Shown: piece after piece, positions 47,277 to 60,200 of the stretch
How positions within the stretch are numbered: position 1 is the first letter of the stretch
Layout of the letters: every line of letters begins with the position of its first letter
Notes under the pieces: model-generated
Told to the model about the DNA's origin: nothing
The model's database searches: none
The model's input: only the letters and a program-made list of their open reading frames with translations
DNA from: Monocercomonoides exilis PA203
Taxonomy: Eukaryota; Protista; Preaxostyla
Assembly (NCBI GenBank): GCA_001643675.2
Contig: LSRY02000031.1
Coordinates: 744,001 to 808,000, forward strand
Length of the DNA: 64,000 bases
Direction: 5' to 3'
Position numbers and translations under genes: made by a program

Positions 47277-48391
47277 ATATATGTAATTTTGCAATTAGAG
47301 ATTGATGTGCAAACAAATATTTTCTGAAAAATGTGATTAAAGCAATGCAACTGTTTTTCATTCGGGTTCATGTTCAGAATACTCCGCTCCATCGCTAACT
47401 TCCTTTGAATCCTCGAAATTTCTTCGTTTTGTTCAGATAAAACTGGAACATCCTCTTCGTCATCATTATCTTCGTGGTCTTCCTTTTCTTCTTCAATATA
47501 TTCATCCACTTTATATTGGCAAATTTCTCTCACAGTTTCAACAAATGTTGATTGTTTTCTTTTTTGAAACACAAAAGAAGAAATATAATCATCAATGAAT
47601 TTCTCTTTCAGCCCCGTACGAGGCAAATCTCTTCGAAATTGACTCCAAAGTCTCTCAATCATATAAGTGCATATTTCGCTCACTGGATCTTTGAAATGAT
47701 ATTCGTTGCAGATTGTATTGTGGCCATAACCGAGATCACTGAGAGATGAGTACGCTTTCCATTCATCACTGTGAATCATTGTTCCTTGTAAGATGTTTTC
47801 TAGAATGATTGGTTGCAATGTGTTTATTTTTCTATTGGGGACTCTGATAATTAAAAAGCTTCCTTGTTTCCCGTCCTGAGTTCTTTGAACATCTCCAAAT
47901 AGCCAGATCTGCTCCTTTTATCTGCCTTTATGATAATTTCATCTGTTCAATATTGCAAAGTCATTCTTGACAATTGTATTTTCACCTCCAATTGGCTGAA
48001 ACGATGATGCTGCGCTCTGTGCCATTGCTGCTGTTGCAAGTGAATAGTAAAAACCAACTGTGTTTCTATGCACACCAAAAATCAAAAATTTCAGAATAAT
48101 TCATAGCTTCATCCATTTGAAAAGGAAAATATTCAATAATTTTCCAATTTCTATAATTTGATTTTCCATTAATAGATTTGACAGTAGGCTTATTGTTTTA
48201 TTGCATCTGATTGACCTCCATTACCTAGAATTAGGATTTCATTCATTGAGAACTGTTTCCTCATGGCAACTTCTTCATTCTTTGAATCTTTGATTCAACA
48301 TTGCATTTCTGAACCATTCCCATGTATCATTTGCGTTAAGAAATAATTCGTTGAAAAAGCTAATTTTGAATTTGCGATCCTCAATTTGCAT
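47277..48391 (-). pseudogene. Second Merlin/ISXO2-like transposase relic (different family)
   Basis: One frame from ATG 48391 with several stops: ..GVHRNTVGFYY..PIGGENTIVKND..NR*NYHKGR*KEQIWLFG..VPNRKINTLQPIILENILQGTMIHSDEWKAY..GYGHNTICN..CTYMIERLWSQFR. TIRs not identified. Confidence 0.85.
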
Positions 48392-49030
48392 TCAGAAAAA
48401 ATTTGCAAAAATAATATGCGTGATTATTCTTAAAATCAGATTTTTTCTGTTGAAATTTTCAGTTCAAAAATTTCCCTCGAATATCAAAAAAAGAACACTG
48501 AAGAGTGAAAAGGATCAATAAAGAAATATTAATCTTTATGTCAGCTGTTTCGTTTTTTCATAAAACATTTGTGATAAATTAAGCATTTGAATTCAAAAGC
48601 TTTTCCCAATTACAAAGAGAATTTGAAAAAACAACACACCGATAGAAGTTATTATTTCATTAATAATCGCACATGTTTCAAAAAATTTAAGAAAATTTTT
48701 GTTCAATTTTTCATCATGAAACTGAACTTCACAACAAATTTGAATATTATCGAAACTCAATTTCACGTTTATTTATCGAATTATTTACCATGAAGTATTT
48801 TCAGAAATTATTCAAGATTATTTCTATGAAAATTATCGGACCCTATAAGATACACTTAACCATTTCCATGAAGTCAAACTCGAGAATTTTGATTTTTTTC
48901 TCTCTTATTTTAAAAAAATAAAAATTGGCTGTTTTATTGAGCGATGAATTTTGACAATTGCACAAATCTATCATTAAGATTTTTTGTGACTCAACGACAT
49001 TTCTCAGTTTGCTATTGTCTTTTCATTATT

Positions 49031-49651
49031 TGCACACCAAAAATAATGCTATTTCGAAAATGAATATTTCAATTTCGAAATTCATTTAAAACTGAAAGCT
49101 TTAATTTATCTCACAAATAAATTTCAGAAAAGTTCAAGTTATTTTTTAATCAATCAAATTACAATACTCAAAGAAAACTGTTTTTTTTATCGCAACAATC
49201 AATAAATCATTTTTTTGGAAAAAAATTTTTTCTAAAATCATCACTCTGATGATAAGTTAATCGCAAATAATTCATTATTTTGAACGATCTGAAGGAAATA
49301 GTGAGTTTACAATCACATTTATTGAATTTCAAAAGACCAGAGTTTTTTGCCAATGAATTTTTTTTGTTTCTTTGGTGAAATTTAAAAAAAACTTCGATTT
49401 TTTTAAAATAGTAAATGAATTCATTTTCTTTTCAAATTAACTTCAAATTATAGTATTTTCAATCAAAATAAATGAAAATTTTAAATAAAAATGCCTCATT
49501 TTTCACATATTTATGAACAAAGTTTACTAATGAGATAAAAATTTATAGAATATTAATCGAAAAACGTAAGTTATTCATTCCACAAATCAAAATATTTTTC
49601 ATTTCGAAATTGAATAAAAATTTTTCGAATTAGAATTATTTTTGGTGTACC
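49031..49651. mobile_element. MITE-like element (621 bp), related by its ends to 11158-11598
   Basis: Left end TGCACACCAAAAATAATGCTATTTCGAAAA; reverse complement of right end GGTACACCAAAAATAATTCTAATTCGAAAA. No clear TSD. Confidence 0.75.
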
Positions 49652-49699
49652 AATCACAAAATATGCTTCTTCAAAATTATTCTTCATCTGAATTATCGT

Positions 49700-51263
49700 T
49701 TAAATCATCTCCAGTGACCTATTTATAAACTAACTATTTATTTCATCATCATGACCTTCTTTTTCTTGTTTTTCTTTTCCTCCTTCTTTTCCTTCTCCGG
49801 CTTTTGCATTACACTGACTAAGTCAAGATCATAAACCTCCAGATGTTAGCGTAATTGAACGGATGACGAAGCCTCACATTAACCCACCTGGAAAACGGAC
49901 TTGAATTGTTAAGGTTAAACCACGCAAAGCCATGAATAGAAGTGAGTCAGCTCCTTTGAGGAATTCTGCAATCCTACTAATCTGTTTTAGGCTGTAGCTC
50001 AGATGATGCAGTCACGAACATTGACCAGTTGCATTCAGCTCAATGAAGCCACGAAGCAGGTGCTGGAGATAGCAGCGCAGGCAAAAGTGAAGTTGAAGGA
50101 GAAGGACAGAGAAGTGTTTAGGATGGACAATCTCATTCCAATGAAGTCCGCTACGAAAGGAACATCAAGATGGAACAATAACGATGCGGGGCAACTGAGG
50201 GGGTGATGAAGGAGCGTCACAGGAGGAAAAAGGATGGCTCACGGAAACTACATAAGTGGAGTAATTAGATCGCTTCCATCCTTGTTGAATTCTTCTTTCA
50301 GCTCATTTTCTGGTTCCGATTCGGTTTCTGTTTCCGTTCCATTGCGTTCTCAACAGGGATTGGTATAACAGGTGTTGTGCAATAACAGGAGATAAAATAC
50401 ATTCAATGACTTATTCCAACAGGAGCAATGAACAATCAAAGAGTTGCAGTTCGTCTGTTAGCTTTGGGAATACAAGACCCAAACGAAAGAGGAAAAGCAC
50501 ATGAAGGGAGGATGTCTTCGAAGAAAGAGAAGCTTGGTGGGTTGAATGGGCTGAAGGATTTGGATGGAGACGATTTGAACGGAGGGACGATAGGTTTTCT
50601 GGGTGAGGAAGACGAAGAATGAGAATGGAGTCACCGTTGGAGGGAGTTGGACCAGAAGATATTTTTGAGAGTGTCAGTCAAAAACAGCTCAATAAACAGA
50701 GAATTTGAATGGTACAGGGATTCTTCTCTTTTGTGGGTGTTTCTGTTTCAGCCGTTGCTCAGTGCAAACAGAAATGGAGAGATTTCTTTTTCTTCTTTTT
50801 CTTCTTTTTCTTCAGCGACTTCTTCTTATTCATCTTCTTCGACTTCTTCTTCTTCTTCTTCTCTCTTTTTTCTTTTTCTTCTTCCCAACTGATCATCTCC
50901 TCCAATTCTTTCCTCTCCTTCATTCTTCTCTTTAATCCTTTCTTCATTTCATTTAGTTCCTTTATTTGTGCTGTTTTTTGCCTTTTTGATATGTTTCATG
51001 ACATTTCCATTTTCCATGTCTGTTTTCAACTGAGTCGCGGAATTTATGACGGAAAACAACTGCACTGAAAGTGGGAATAAAACTCTTCATTCATATTTTT
51101 CTCATGAGATTTTTGAAGAAGAAGCAATTGAAATGAAATAAGAAGAAGAAAATTCATCAAAAATAGAGAAAGAAATTGATTTTGAAGATAAAGAAGAAGA
51201 AGAAGAAGATGATGATGATGAAAGAGAAGAAGAAGAAGAAGAAGAAGAAGAAGGAAATGAAAG

Positions 51264-51299
<36 letters not shown>

Positions 51300-53550
51300 A
51301 GAATGAGAAGGAGAAGGAGAAGGAGAAGGAGAAGGAGAAGATAAAAACGAAGAAACTGAACGAAGAGTCATACAAATTCATTTTCCATGAACAACCTTTG
51401 AATCCTCATCATCTGCAGTTGAAAAGAAAACTGTTTCTTAAGTAGAAAGATAATCTTTGCAAACAACAGAAACTTCGCCTTGTGCATAATCTGTTTGTCT
51501 GCTTCAGCCATACGATTCTTGTGAATGAACTAGAACTGCTGTTGAGACTTCTTTGGCAAGCAAAAAAAAGATGAATGAGGAAATCAGATGAAGAAAGATG
51601 ATATCGATGCAGGAGAGAAAGAGAAAGAGAAAGAGAAAGAGAAAGAGAAAGAAAGAGAGAGAGAGATACACAATACGAAGATCAAAATGTTCACCTCCAG
51701 CTGCTCTATCAGAGGCAGTCCCATAGTCAATCAGCTTGTCAATTTCTTTTAAGAACAGGATTGAACTGCAATCAGAATGACTTGTACAACTTTGAGCAGG
51801 TTCAGATTTGTCTGTGCGATGAATAAGAACAAGAACAGAAACACAACTTGAAGTAAAATGCAGCATCCGAAGTTTCAGAAGCAGCAGCGGCTTCATGTTC
51901 AATGACTCGCTTGGCGTTATCAGCGCATGCATCGTGTCTGCTTCTCGATGATTGAAGTGATTTTGACTACGTCTTTAGCTTTGGCTTTGGCTTTAACTTT
52001 GACTTTGACTTTGGTTGTAGCAGAATAGAAATATCTGACCCGAAGATATCACAAGCAATGCTCCTTCTGCTTCACAATTTGCATTGAGCTCATTGTCTGC
52101 ACCATCTGCTCTTTCCTTCTCTCCTCATGACAGTTGCGCTGCATCTCGATCTGATTGCTTTTTTTAAAGAGAATCAGCAGCGTCTTTGTAGTTTGCCTCA
52201 ACATATTCACATTCTGCTCCATTTGAATGAACATATTCATCTGCTGAAATCGGCTTGTCTACAAAAGAGTATTCAAGCGAGAAATGAAAAATTGGATGAA
52301 GTGCGCTGAATGAAAAGGGAACGGTCCATTTGTAATTATTCATCCAAAAACACTCATTTTGCAATTCAAATTCACTGCAAACACTTAAAATGCCTTCAGC
52401 GCTTCCTTTGTGTAATCCAATTTTGCTGTATCTGTGATTCTTCATACTTGGCTCAGAAATGACTTCCGAGTACTCCTCTTTCCCTTCATCCACATTTGCC
52501 TCTGATGGAAGCAGAATATGTTTGGATTATTTATCTGCGCTTGGAAGAAGATACCAGCTGTAGGTTGTTTGGCTGAATTTCAAATATCTCCGAAGCTTTA
52601 ACCAACTTCGGTGTATTGATTGGGTCGCTTCATTTTATCTTCCACTTTGGTTACTGCAATAAAATGAGAGAGATAAGACAACAAGTTCAGAAGAAAAGAT
52701 AATTTGTCTTCTTTCTTGAAAATTCCTCAGTTCAGTTGTCAAGAATTCCGCAACGCTCGTTTATGAACTGCAGAAATGGCATTTCTTCAACCGAAAAAGA
52801 ATGTTTAAAGCTCCCCCTTTTGGAGCGGATTACAATGAAACAACGACACAATTTGCTTATCGTTTTTTTTTTCTTAATTCATCTGTTCTCCGCAAATAGG
52901 CTTGTCTTCTCGCCTTTTCTCTCTTCACCGCTTTCGCTTGCCCACTTTTCTGCGGCTCCTCCTGTCCAACCAGATTTTGCAATTGAACTGCTTGCTCATC
53001 GGCTTTCGTCATCTGCTCATTCATCGTCTGTCATGCTCTCATCTTCTGCCGGCTCTTCAAAGAGTGTATATTTAATTCTACATATGGAAGCTTCGAATTA
53101 AAGTTAATCCACACAAAGTCGAATTAAGCATTTCTTAAGCTCTGCATAAGCTCCAGCTGCTCCGAAGAAAATCGTTTCTCTGCTCTTTTCGTCACAAACT
53201 CTGCTTTTTCATCTTATTTCATTGCTTATTCTGCTGTAGTCTCCAGCAGAAATAGAAGTGTGTCACAATTATCTCATTTGAACACGAAAACATCGATGAA
53301 AGCGACCAACAGCGAATGGACAGGTGCTGTTTATTTGCCAATACATCGATGAATGCAACAAACATAAGAGCTGATAAGTCCGAAAGCAACTCGCTCTCAT
53401 CAGTGGATATGTAAATTTCGATGATATAAAGCACCATTTTGATTAAGCAATTTCACAAAGGATGCAAATTCTTTAAGAAGCGCAAGAAATTCTGAAAGAT
53501 CAAACAGTTCAATAATAGTTTTATGTTTTTCATTTAATTCTTTTGCCTCC
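49700..53550. other. Scrambled degenerate coding-like DNA with Ser/Glu microsatellites
   Basis: Higher GC and many short protein-like ORFs, mostly on the - strand, broken by stops. No assignable domain. Confidence 0.3.
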
Positions 53551-54214
53551 ATTCAATCTTTGAAAGATTCCTTGATATGTCAAACGAAAAAATGTGATAA
53601 AACAAACAAATGAATGAAATAAATAAAAAGATTGCAAATATAAAATGCAAAATTAAAAGAAATATCTTTCTTTTTTCAAAATCAATTTCAGTTTTTCATC
53701 TCAATTTTCAAGCATATAAAAGAAGGACATTATAAAAAAATTACAAAATAAAAGGATGCACATACCTCAAAAGAAAAAAATATTCACTAATCCTTACTGT
53801 TTCTCTTTGAAATAATATTTTGAATTTCTTTAAATGCATGATTGCTTTCTTCTCGAAATATCAGGGGAAAGCCTGGCATATAGAAAGTTGCAATTTATTC
53901 CATTCTATTTCTTCAATAGTTCCTTTTAGACGCAAGTTTGAAACAACTGAATGGAGAATTTGACCCATAAAAATTCTATGAAAGTTTAAATCAGAATAAA
54001 ATTTCTTGCAAAAACGTTTTAAAAAACAAAAAAATCAATGAGAAAGAAAAAATAATTAGAAAATAGTGAAATATTATGAGTATGCTTTTTTCATTTTTCA
54101 AAAAGTTGAGAGTGTATTTTTCAAAAATAAAAAATTTCGCACAATAATATCTCTTGATTTTTAATGTTTAAAATCTATGTGTGCTTTATATATTTAATAT
54201 TTTTGCTTATTCAA

Positions 54215-57200
54215 CAATTTTTGGAAATGTTCAAATTTTATTTTTTAATACCATAATAACATTAGAATTCCTGCACTTTTATTTTTCCGTTTTCCGGAGT
54301 TTTTTGAATTTGTTGAAGATTGTTTCAAGATGAATCTAACATAAAAAATTAATTATTTTTCATTATTACAAGGATGAAGTGGGAATTTCCAGTTTGCTTC
54401 AGTTTTTTAAATAAACAGAAAATTACTCGTTTTGAAGACAGATGTTGCACAAATGTTTTTATTCACTTTCCTTCCTGCACGATTATTTATATTTTTGGAG
54501 AAACTCCACTTTTATTGAAAAGTCTTTTGATATCAATGACTGAATGGAATGATTTTCAAACAATGATTCATTCAAGGCCATTCCACGTGATACCAGAACA
54601 AAATAGACATATTTTGAGTTACTGTTTGTATTTATTTTCGTTTCTTTTTAGACAACTTCATTTGCCTCAGAAATGCTGCATTTGGTTCGAAAATGCAAAA
54701 GAAATGATTTGTTTCAAAGAAACGAAATCTGAGTGAAAACAGACTCAGAGCTTCAACAACAAAAGCACAAAAGGAAATGAATGTTTGAAGTTTTCTTTTA
54801 TGAAAATTATTTTTGATAAATGTATTTAAGGAAAGTTTTGTTCAATCATCAGAAAAATGGATAATTTTGACAATCACAGAGACCTTCAAATCCTTCTCCG
54901 ATTGCACAAAGATGTGAACAACATAACAATTCTATAGCAGAAATGGAAATATGAAAAAATTTCCCCTTGGAAAGAGTTGTAATCATGATTGAACAATCTC
55001 CAAATATCCTCTTATTCATCAAAAAACAATTTTCAATACTCAATAAAGACAAGAAAAGGATTAATTAAGACGTTTTTGAAGGAACAGGAAATTATATGAA
55101 AATGGCAAATTTTTCTTTGGATTGCTGATCGAGAATGACCTGAAATGAGATTTATTCAAAAATAAACTGGAAATTAGAAAAATAAAGGTGAATTCAAAAA
55201 TTGACAGAAAATATTGAATGCCTCAAAGAAGAAGAAAGATTTGAAAAAGGGAAGATATGCAATAGAAGAGAGCAAAAGGAGAATCATTTGAAAGAACAAA
55301 TGAAGAAAAACCAGAAAAGAGAAGGAACAGAGGATAATGAATCAAAAGTCAATTACTCTTTCTGCAAAAAGGAAAAAAGGAATTCCATGGAAAGACGTAT
55401 CAGAAAAGGAGAGTTTGGAGGCACGGTGAAGAATTGAAACAATATTATTCAATGAAGCAAAACAATAATATGCTGCTTTTGAACATTCAGAATTTTTTAT
55501 TGGTATTTTTATTTTCATCATTTTTTGATATTTTTTTTTCTCTTTTTGTATTTTCAGGAATATTTGATATTAGGTGAAGAAAATAGGGTGATATCAAATG
55601 AATGAAAATAATTTAACGAGAAAGGAGATTACGAAAAGGAGATAAGAATTTGAAACATTTCATTCAAACGGATTATACGAGGAAAGATGAGATTCAAAAA
55701 TTTAAAAGAAAAAAGAAGGAAATCAATTGAAGATGGCAGTTTATTGGAATTAATATTCAAATTGAATGGTTTAGAAAATGGAATCTGTGCAGGAAATAAT
55801 GATTTTTGATGTTTGCTAAGTAAATGGGATATCATCAAAAATATGGGATCATGAACCCATAATCATCATTGAAACAATGTTTCTTTCTATTTTCCTTGTG
55901 TGTTTGTCCTCAGTAATTTGTAGCAAAGACAGAAATGATAGATTGAGAAATGAATATGATGCTTTCCATGTTCGTGGAATGGAGAAGAGTGGTATTTTGG
56001 AGAGGGGAAGTGTTGCTCGAATGTTCTGCGAAATGCACAACTCATCAGTTGAAATGAAAGGGATGTTGCTTGAAAAGCCAGATAATTGTGTGATGATTGA
56101 AATAAGAGCAGGATCGTTGCTGCAGGTTGAGGGAAGTGTGTTTGTGAGAAAAAACGAGTGGAATGGGAATTATGTGAGGAACGGAGGGACATGCTGGCTG
56201 ATAAACACGACTTTGAGAGTTGGGAATGGTCAGGAATGTGGAATGATGGGGAGTGTGGTGAAGATGGAAGGGGGTGATTTGCCTTCGTTGTTTGTGAGAA
56301 ATAGTGAGTTTGAGGATGTTGTGTTTTGTGGGAGTGGAGGAAGTATTCTGAGGGATGGTTCAGGAAGTTTTGAATTCGTCCAAAACTGCAAATTTGCGAA
56401 TATAACACAGAAATATTGTGAAACAGAGGAAATACAAACTGAAAAAGAGAGGATAATGAGGATGAGTTTTATGGAAGATTGTGATGTTGAACGGTCGATG
56501 AATGTGCTTGAAGGAGGGATTGTGAGTGGAACAGAAGGATCTGGTTCATTCACCTGCAACAATTGCACATTTGTTCAGAATGAAAGAATGGATCGGAAAA
56601 TGAGAAATACAGAAAGGGTTGAAGCCACTGTGACACAGACATATAAGAATGCTGAATGGATTGGGTGTAATGCTTCATGCGGAGGAGCGCTGTATGTGCA
56701 TGACAATTCGAGTGCAACACTGACAGTGGAGAATTCGTCATTTGTGAAGTGCAATGCGACATCCACAAGAGGAGGTGGAATATTTGCTTTGAAAATTGGT
56801 GAATGCACAGTGAAACATTCCACATTTGTTGAGTGCTATTGTGTGTCATCAAATGATAGAGGAGGTGCTGGAGCAGAAATTAATGATATGACAGTTCAAT
56901 TTTTTTTTGAAAACTGTTTGTTCAAAGATGGATGGTCTGGAAATGATGCTGGTGGACTCAGTATTTGTGGTTCAAAAACAAACAAAACAAAAGATTGTAT
57001 AATAAATTGCTTTTTCCAGAATTGCAGTGGGCATTGTTCAACAAGTACTGATGGAGGAGGTTTGAATAATTGGAATGTTGTTGATAAAGTTGTTGCACAT
57101 AATTGCCTTTTTCAAGGATGTTATTCAGATTTTCAGGGAGGAGGTGTCAGCATCCAAACAAATGGAAATCACGGAAATCTTTTGCGATTTTGCTTTTTCC

Positions 57201-60200
57201 ACAATAACACTGCCATATATGGAAATGATATTTTTGTTGAAGACAACAGCACACATTCCCAAGTCATTTGGTGCTTCTCAACAAGCATAAATGGAAATAG
57301 ATATTATGCAGGTGGAGATAAAAGTGATTGGCTTCCAAATGAAGGAGGAAGAAGCAGATTTGTTGCTTCAAGAGAAAATCAGACAAATGCCAAAGACACA
57401 TTCAGTTGCGGATTGAATGAAAGTTGTGCATGTTTGACCATTAGTCATTGTCTATCCCAAATGATTGAGGGTTTTGTGGAGGAAATCAAGGTGTTGAGTG
57501 GAACAGTTGTGGAAGGAAAAGGAGTTGATGTTGGGGAGAAAACAATCACTGTGAATGGGGTTTCTTCAGCTGGTTCATCCATTGAAACAAAATTTGAATC
57601 AAATGGACTGAGTCTGTTTTGTGTCGGAACAGGGGAATTGAGTGTGAGCGATCTGTCGATTGTTCACAATACATCGTTTGAAAACAACAGGCAATGCAGA
57701 CTGTTTGAGGTTGAGGGAAATGGGTTGATGGATGTGAAGCGAATGAACATCTCGATGGATGCAGCTCATTCAGAAGAGAGGAGCATTCAGAACTCACTTG
57801 TGAAACTGGAGGGGGGAGAATTGAAGATGCAAGATGTGAGATGGGAACAAACATTCAGCACCACAAGTGTGATATCTCTGCTTCAAGAATCATCTGTGAC
57901 ATTGTCTCTGGATAAATGTGTGCTCAGCAACATTGTGAGAACAACAGCAGGATCATCGCTGATGAGTGTGGGTGAAGGGTCACATTCGATAACTCTTGAA
58001 GGATGCACGATTGATGGTTGTGGAAGTGAAGACTGTGAGCTTGGAGGAGGAATGATGGCTGAAATGGGGAATATTGGTTCATTGAATGTGAAAGGAGGCA
58101 TTGTGAAGAACTGTTATGCATCAGCCACACAAGGGAGAGGAGGAGGGATTGGGCTGAAAGTGAGAGACATAAGTGCAGACTTTCTGATTTCATCAGGATT
58201 TGAAGGGAACAGGGCCAGATGGGGAAGTGACATTTTTGTTGACTCAATCGATCTGGAATCAACTGCAACAAGTGAGAAGATCACTTCATTGACAGCTTCA
58301 TTGGAAACAAAGAGCAAGATGCAAGGATATGAAAATGGGGATGAATCGTTTCCAATTCCACTGTGTATCTATTTGTGGAACAACTTTTCAGCGCCAGCGT
58401 TTGTCGGGGGAGGATCATTGAGCCATGATTTCTCGAAGTGTGGATTTGAAGAGTTTCCGTGTTCATCCATTTTGAAGGCAGTGTCACTCCACTTTGAAGG
58501 GAAGAAAAAGGATGTTGCTCTTCTTGAGCCATTTGTCTTTGAGGAGGAATTGGGGTTGACTTCGAATGAATGGAGCATTGCATCCAAAGAGAATGAGATG
58601 AAGTGTGATGTTTCTGATCAGAAAGAGGGAGCTCAAAGTGGATTGATTGAAAACACAGTTTCTGTGTGTGTGACTGGCATTGTATTTTCTTTGAAGAAAT
58701 CACTGACATTTCATGAAAGTGTGTTTGAGTGTCATTCAGGGAAGCTTGCACTGAATGGATGTGGGATGGAAGGAGGCACTGAGACTGTTTCGACAGTGTT
58801 TGTGAAGGCTGTTGGAGGGGTTGTGGAGGTGAGTGAGTTTGGATCAGAGAATATGAAAATTGGAGATTCATCGATATTTGTTGTTGAAGGGAATGCAGAA
58901 AGTGTGCCTTCGATGAATATGACGAAAAGCAATTTTGGAGTGGTCACATTTGGTGATGGGTGTGTTGTTGAGTGCCACGAGGGGATTATTGAAGAGATAT
59001 CAGGATGCACATTTTCATCGATCGCTCGTTCACAGGGAAGTGGAGGATGCATCAGCATTGTGAACAATAAGGATGATAATGATGATGGAAGAGATTTCAA
59101 AGTGGAAATAGATGACTGCACATTTGAAGGGTGTGCTATTACTGGAGAGGAGGGATATGAGATTGGAGGAGGTGCACTATTTTGTGAAGCATCTTCAAAA
59201 ACGAATCTTTTGATAAATTTGTGTTCGTTTTATTGTTGCGCAGCACCATATGAAGAGGGAAGTGTTGGATATGGAGGAGGAATAATGCTGAAGATACTGA
59301 GAGAAGAAGAAGGAAAAGCTGGCTTTGTGATATCCTCACCAGTTTTTTCATCTGACAAACCAAACAACGCAAAATATGGGAAGGATCTGTTCATTTCATC
59401 TGCATCGCTTGCCAAGAGCATCAAGAACGAAACACTTCCATTTGTGAAAGACAGACTGGAGTTGCTGACAGAAGATTCGATGAAGGGGTATGATGGAGAA
59501 GACAAGGAATGTGCAATCCCGCTGATCTATTTCTGGAAATCTGTTGGATCGAGTGTGTATATTGCAGAGGAAGGAAACAATGTTGTTGTGTGTGGGTTGT
59601 TGGAGTATCCATGCCGATCTGTTGATTATGGAGTGAAGCGAGGGAGTGACTTGGGGATTGAATCAATCGCAGTTCAGGGGATTTGTGATGTGAGGAGTGT
59701 GATTGAGATGAGTGGGATGAAGGTTGAAGGAACAAATGGTGAGTCAGATAAAATCCAATTTGCTCAAACAATTGAAGGGGATGGAGATGCTGTTGTTGAG
59801 TGCAAAGGGGTTGTTCAGTTCAGTGAATTGGGGATTCTGATTCCCAGTGCCTTTGACAACGGAGCAAATATCCTCATCCAGACAGGTTCAGATGCAATCA
59901 AAACGAGTGTTATTGGATGCTCAATTCACGCAATTGGCAATGCTGAAAGTGCGGTGTCATTTGTTCTGATCAGTGCATTGAAAGGAATTGTTTCGATTGA
60001 AAATACAGAAATAGCTGGATTCTCAACGATGCATGAGATTATGAGCATATCAGCTGATTGTGTGACAACCATGAGCGATGTGTCCTTTGAAGATATTTCA
60101 TTGAGTGGGAAAAGTGCTATTGCGATGAGTGAAAGTGTGATTCCTGGAAGGGGGAATGATAATGAAGGGGAAATATGGAATATTCTGTTTGATCAATGCA

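Noticed and set aside
48069-48082. TGCACACCAAAAAT, identical to the MITE terminus
   Set aside because: Lies in frame within the Merlin relic HTH region (IFGVHRNTV) and has no partner end, so most likely coincidence.
48835-48843. ATCGGACCC, shared with 31371-31379 and 33503-33511, as a TIR of the second Merlin
   Set aside because: Only 9 bp, with no matching opposite end or TSD found.
43360-57305. Diversity-generating retroelement (template/variable repeat pair) as the source of receptor variation
   Set aside because: No reverse transcriptase in the window. Differences are not visibly restricted to adenines, and both copies are full-length genes.
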